Shown here in pieces: positions 61,255 to 64,000 of a stretch of DNA of 64,000 bases (position 1 is its first letter; each line of letters begins with the position of its first letter). The translations under genes were made by a program, and so were the position numbers. This DNA is from an uncultured delta proteobacterium (lineage in GTDB: Bacteria; Desulfobacterota; Desulfuromonadia; Geobacterales; DSM-12255), in contig CAWBBV010000024.1 in NCBI GenBank assembly GCA_963787125.1, positions 96,001 to 160,000 on the forward strand, given 5' to 3'. The notes beneath the pieces were generated by a model. The model ran no database searches and was not told the DNA's origin. It saw only the letters and a program-made list of their open reading frames with translations.

Positions 61255-61394
61255 GACTCACCTCAATATTTATAATATCGGTCAACTCGTCCTTGATCAG
61301 ACGACTTCTGGTATATACAAGTGGGCTGCCACTAGCTGCTTTGACACCTCTCGTCTGAACCTCATCACGACCTGACTTCCTCTCGCCCACCTCT

Positions 61395-61506
61395 ACCCTG
61401 AAACCCTGAAACCCTGAAACCCTGAAACCCTGAAACCCTGAAACCCTGAAACCCTGAAACCCTGAAACCCTGAAACCCTGAAACCCTGAAACCCTGAAAC
61501 CCTGAA
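61395..61506. repeat. Perfect tandem repeat (ACCCTGAA) x14
   Basis: Direct count: 112 bp with an 8-bp unit. Confidence 0.97.
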
Positions 61507-61739
61507 AATTCCCGCTTGCGGGAATTTTGACTTAAGTGCCTGATTTATGTCAATTGACCCCTGAAAACGCCTGTTTTTTTCTGCGGTTTTTGTGCCGCCG
61601 CATCGCGACACAGAATAATATCCGCATTAACAATCCCTGCTATAAAAACATGTTAAGCAAATTTCTAACAGATTACAGCAGGTTAGACAACTGAATTGAA
61701 GGGGCGCTGCTTCTGCTTAACTTACCATGCAGTGGTGTA

Positions 61740-61851
61740 GAATATCATACAGCTGGAGTGGAATATTCCTCTCAATTGTCAACGCAGAATCGCCAACCCA
61801 CACTTATATGCTCATAAAAACAGCTGGTTAAGCAATTGGCACGATATCTGA
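61740..61851 (+). promoter_or_regulatory. Sigma54-type promoter module upstream of the cusC-like gene
   Basis: GAATATCA-N13-GAATATTC (61740-61768); IHF-like AAACAGCTGGTTA (61818-61830); TTGGCACGATATCTGA (GG at 61838). Confidence 0.55.
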
Positions 61852-61894
61852 TATACTCCATAGCAATCACGCAGTATTCATCTTCGAGGGTGCC

Positions 61895-63175
61895 ATGAAA
61901 TTCTTACTGCCAATTATCGCTATTATTCTATTCACGAGCTCAGTGGTTTCAGCTGAGGAGACCGGGGCGAGTGAAAATCTCCCTGATCTTATCGCTGAAT
62001 CTCTCAAAAACAATCCCGAACTTAAATCCTCAACCGCCCGCTGGCAGATGTATACCGGCAAGATCAAGCAGGTCTCTTCCTGGGAAGACCCGATGCTGAT
62101 GCTGAAGCTGCAAAATATGGTCATCCGCAATCCGCTCTCCTTTGATAAGGATACGACGACGGCGAAGGTTATCGGTCTTACCCAGCAGATTCCGTTTCCG
62201 GGGAAGCTGGAGCTGAAGGCAGAGGTTGCCCGTTATGAGGCTGATTCCTATCGCTGGCAGACCGAGGAGCGCAAACTTGAACTGGCCAGGATGGTGAAGG
62301 AGCTGTACTACCAGCTCTACGCCGTCGACAAGGCTCTGGAGACGGTTGATAAAAATCTGTCGGTTATGGAAGATCTGCTGAAAATTGCCGAGATCCGCTA
62401 TTCGGTCGGGCAGGGGGCACAGGCAGATATTCTGCGGGGTGGTGTGGAGAAGTCGAAGCTGCTGGAGACGCAGATTACGCTCCAGCAGCAGCGCAAGAGC
62501 CTTGCCGCCAATATGGACTATCTGCTGGCCCGCACTTCCGGAACGAGCTTCAGCAAGGTGGCAGACTTTGAGCTGCCAGCCGTTGTCAAGAGCCGGGAAG
62601 AGCTGCGTGAGCTGGCTTACAGTAGTCGTCCCCAGATTAAAAGTCTGGCAAGCCTCTCAAACAAGGGGCTGGCAGCACACAAGCTGGCAGCGCGGGAGTC
62701 CTACCCTGATTTCAGCCTTTCGCTGGAGTACATGCAGCGTGTGTCGGCCATGAGTGATCCCGGTTATGACATGTACAGTCTGGCGTTAAGTTTTAACCTG
62801 CCATTGCAGAAAGAGCGGCGTGAAGCGATGAAAGCGGAGTCTGCCTCTGAAAGCAGGATGGCTGACGAAGAGATTAATGCTCTCAAGAGCAGTATCAGCT
62901 ATGGTATCGCTGATAATCTGGCAACCATGGAACGGCGCAGAAAACTGGTCGAACTTTACCGGACTGGCCTTATTCCCCAGGCGGAGCAGTCGCTGGAATC
63001 ATCTCTTATCGGCTATCGGGTCGGCAAGGTGGATTTTTCGGCTCTGCTGGACGGCAGGTCAAACCTCTTCACCTATGAACGGGAGCTGTCAGATTCAAGG
63101 GCTGAGTATATGATGGCTTTGGCGCGGCTGGAGGCGGTGGTAGGGGTTGATTTGACCGGCAGTCAAAAGCAATAG
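61895..63175 (+). CDS. TolC-family outer-membrane efflux protein (CusC/CzcC-like)
   Basis: Signal peptide, NNPELK, QQIPFPGKL, FNLPL, YRVGKVDF, LARLE..VG; upstream of an RND adaptor. Confidence 0.88.
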   Translation: MKFLLPIIAIILFTSSVVSAEETGASENLPDLIAESLKNNPELKSSTARWQMYTGKIKQVSSWEDPMLMLKLQNMVIRNPLSFDKDTTTAKVIGLTQQIPFPGKLELKAEVARYEADSYRWQTEERKLELARMVKELYYQLYAVDKALETVDKNLSVMEDLLKIAEIRYSVGQGAQADILRGGVEKSKLLETQITLQQQRKSLAANMDYLLARTSGTSFSKVADFELPAVVKSREELRELAYSSRPQIKSLASLSNKGLAAHKLAARESYPDFSLSLEYMQRVSAMSDPGYDMYSLALSFNLPLQKERREAMKAESASESRMADEEINALKSSISYGIADNLATMERRRKLVELYRTGLIPQAEQSLESSLIGYRVGKVDFSALLDGRSNLFTYERELSDSRAEYMMALARLEAVVGVDLTGSQKQ

Positions 63176-63420
63176 AACGCGGATGACGCGGATTGAGCGG
63201 ATTTACACGGATTAACTGCAAAAGTAAGTAACCTGCAAAAAGCAGTTGAACCGCAAAGATGCAAAGAACACTAAAAAAAACGCAAAGTTATGAGCCAACA
63301 ACGCTTAGCCTTATTGGCTGAATGCTTAATTTGCTCAAGTAGTTTAATTTTTACCCTTTGCTGTTTCTTGTTGGCAACTTTTGTTTGATCAGCGAGAATC
63401 CGCTTAATCCGCGTTCCATT
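63171..63420. repeat. Intergenic inverted-repeat element, copy 2, with a nested second repeat family
   Basis: Left arm identical to the copy 1 IR; right arm ATCAGCGAGAATCCGCTTAATCCGCGTTCCATT; internal AACCGCAAAGATGCAAAG...CGCAAAG. Confidence 0.8.
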
Positions 63421-63440
63421 AATGATTTTAAGAGGTTTGT

Positions 63441-64000
63441 ATGTCCATTAGAAAAATAGTGATATCGTTAATCATCCTGGCAGTAGTTGTCGCTATTGCC
63501 GGTGGCTGGCTTTACAAAAACGGCTGGTTTGCCAAGGATGGCCATGGTCATTCAAAACTTGAGCATAAAGTGCAGCTCTGGACCTGCTCCATGCATCCGT
63601 TCATCATCAAGGACAAGCCGGGCAGCTGCCCGATCTGCGGCATGGAACTGATCAAGAAGCTTGACGGCGCCACAGCCGCCGGGCCACAGACAGCGGAGCA
63701 GAAACAGCAGGCCGAGATGCTCGGTCATGTTTCCCTTTCGCCGACCCAAAGGGTTATGGCCAATGTCGCCACGGTAGCGGCAAAGCAGTCGACTCTGAGC
63801 AAGGAGATCAATGCTGTCGGCATTGTCCAGTATGATCAGTCACGCCAGGCCAAGGTAACCGCCTGGATTGCCGGGCGGATTGATCAGCTCCATGTCAGTA
63901 GCGTCGGCTCGCTCGTCAGCAAGGACAAGCCGGTTGCCGAGGTCTACTCGCCGGATCTACTGGCCTCACAGCAGGAGTATCTGCTGGCGGTCAAGAGCCG
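63441..64000 (+). CDS. CusB-like RND periplasmic adaptor (partial, runs off the right edge)
   Basis: ATG 63441 with GAGG RBS; MSIRKIVISLII..., HGH, WTCSMHP..KDKPGSCPICGMEL heavy-metal-binding motif, YSPDLLASQQEYL. Confidence 0.9.
   Translation, partial: MSIRKIVISLIILAVVVAIAGGWLYKNGWFAKDGHGHSKLEHKVQLWTCSMHPFIIKDKPGSCPICGMELIKKLDGATAAGPQTAEQKQQAEMLGHVSLSPTQRVMANVATVAAKQSTLSKEINAVGIVQYDQSRQAKVTAWIAGRIDQLHVSSVGSLVSKDKPVAEVYSPDLLASQQEYLLAVKS

Noticed and set aside
61395..61506. CRISPR array
   Set aside because: Contiguous 8-bp units with no spacers and no cas genes.
61393..61611. 72-aa ORF with FRVSGFQG repeats
   Set aside because: Translation artefact of the 8-bp tandem repeat.

Overview
Chromosomal window from a Geobacteraceae-like (Desulfuromonadia) bacterium, judged from gene content. 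Left to right: (1) a minus-strand TonB-dependent receptor, periplasmic binding protein and HAMP sensor kinase operon (kinase runs off the left edge and is absent from the ORF track), divergent from a 32-aa peptide gene missed by the ORF track (4432-4530) and a radical SAM/SPASM maturase. This is the best candidate for an undescribed peptide make/import/sense circuit. (2) GT2 glycosyltransferase, NHL lipoprotein, two multiheme cytochromes c and a complete Pul/OxpG-type secretion cluster whose secretin is split by a +1 frameshift, followed by ftsEX, an EnvC-like M23 protein, ctpA and a cohesin/dockerin-like protein. (3) Housekeeping genes: nth, ettA, ParA-like, three tRNAs, yceD-rpmF-plsX-fab cluster, rpiB, glyA. 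(4) An AT-rich TPR-thioredoxin / OmpA-like / DsbD-N-like trio. (5) A putative envelope lipid-remodelling operon and acnB. (6) A metal-handling region (DUF2318-ABC and CusC/CusB-like genes) with shared sigma54-type promoter architecture, interrupted by inverted-repeat elements, a repeat-flanked DUF4160/DUF2442 TA pair and a 14 x 8-bp tandem repeat. All calls come from reading motifs by eye; no database searches were run.
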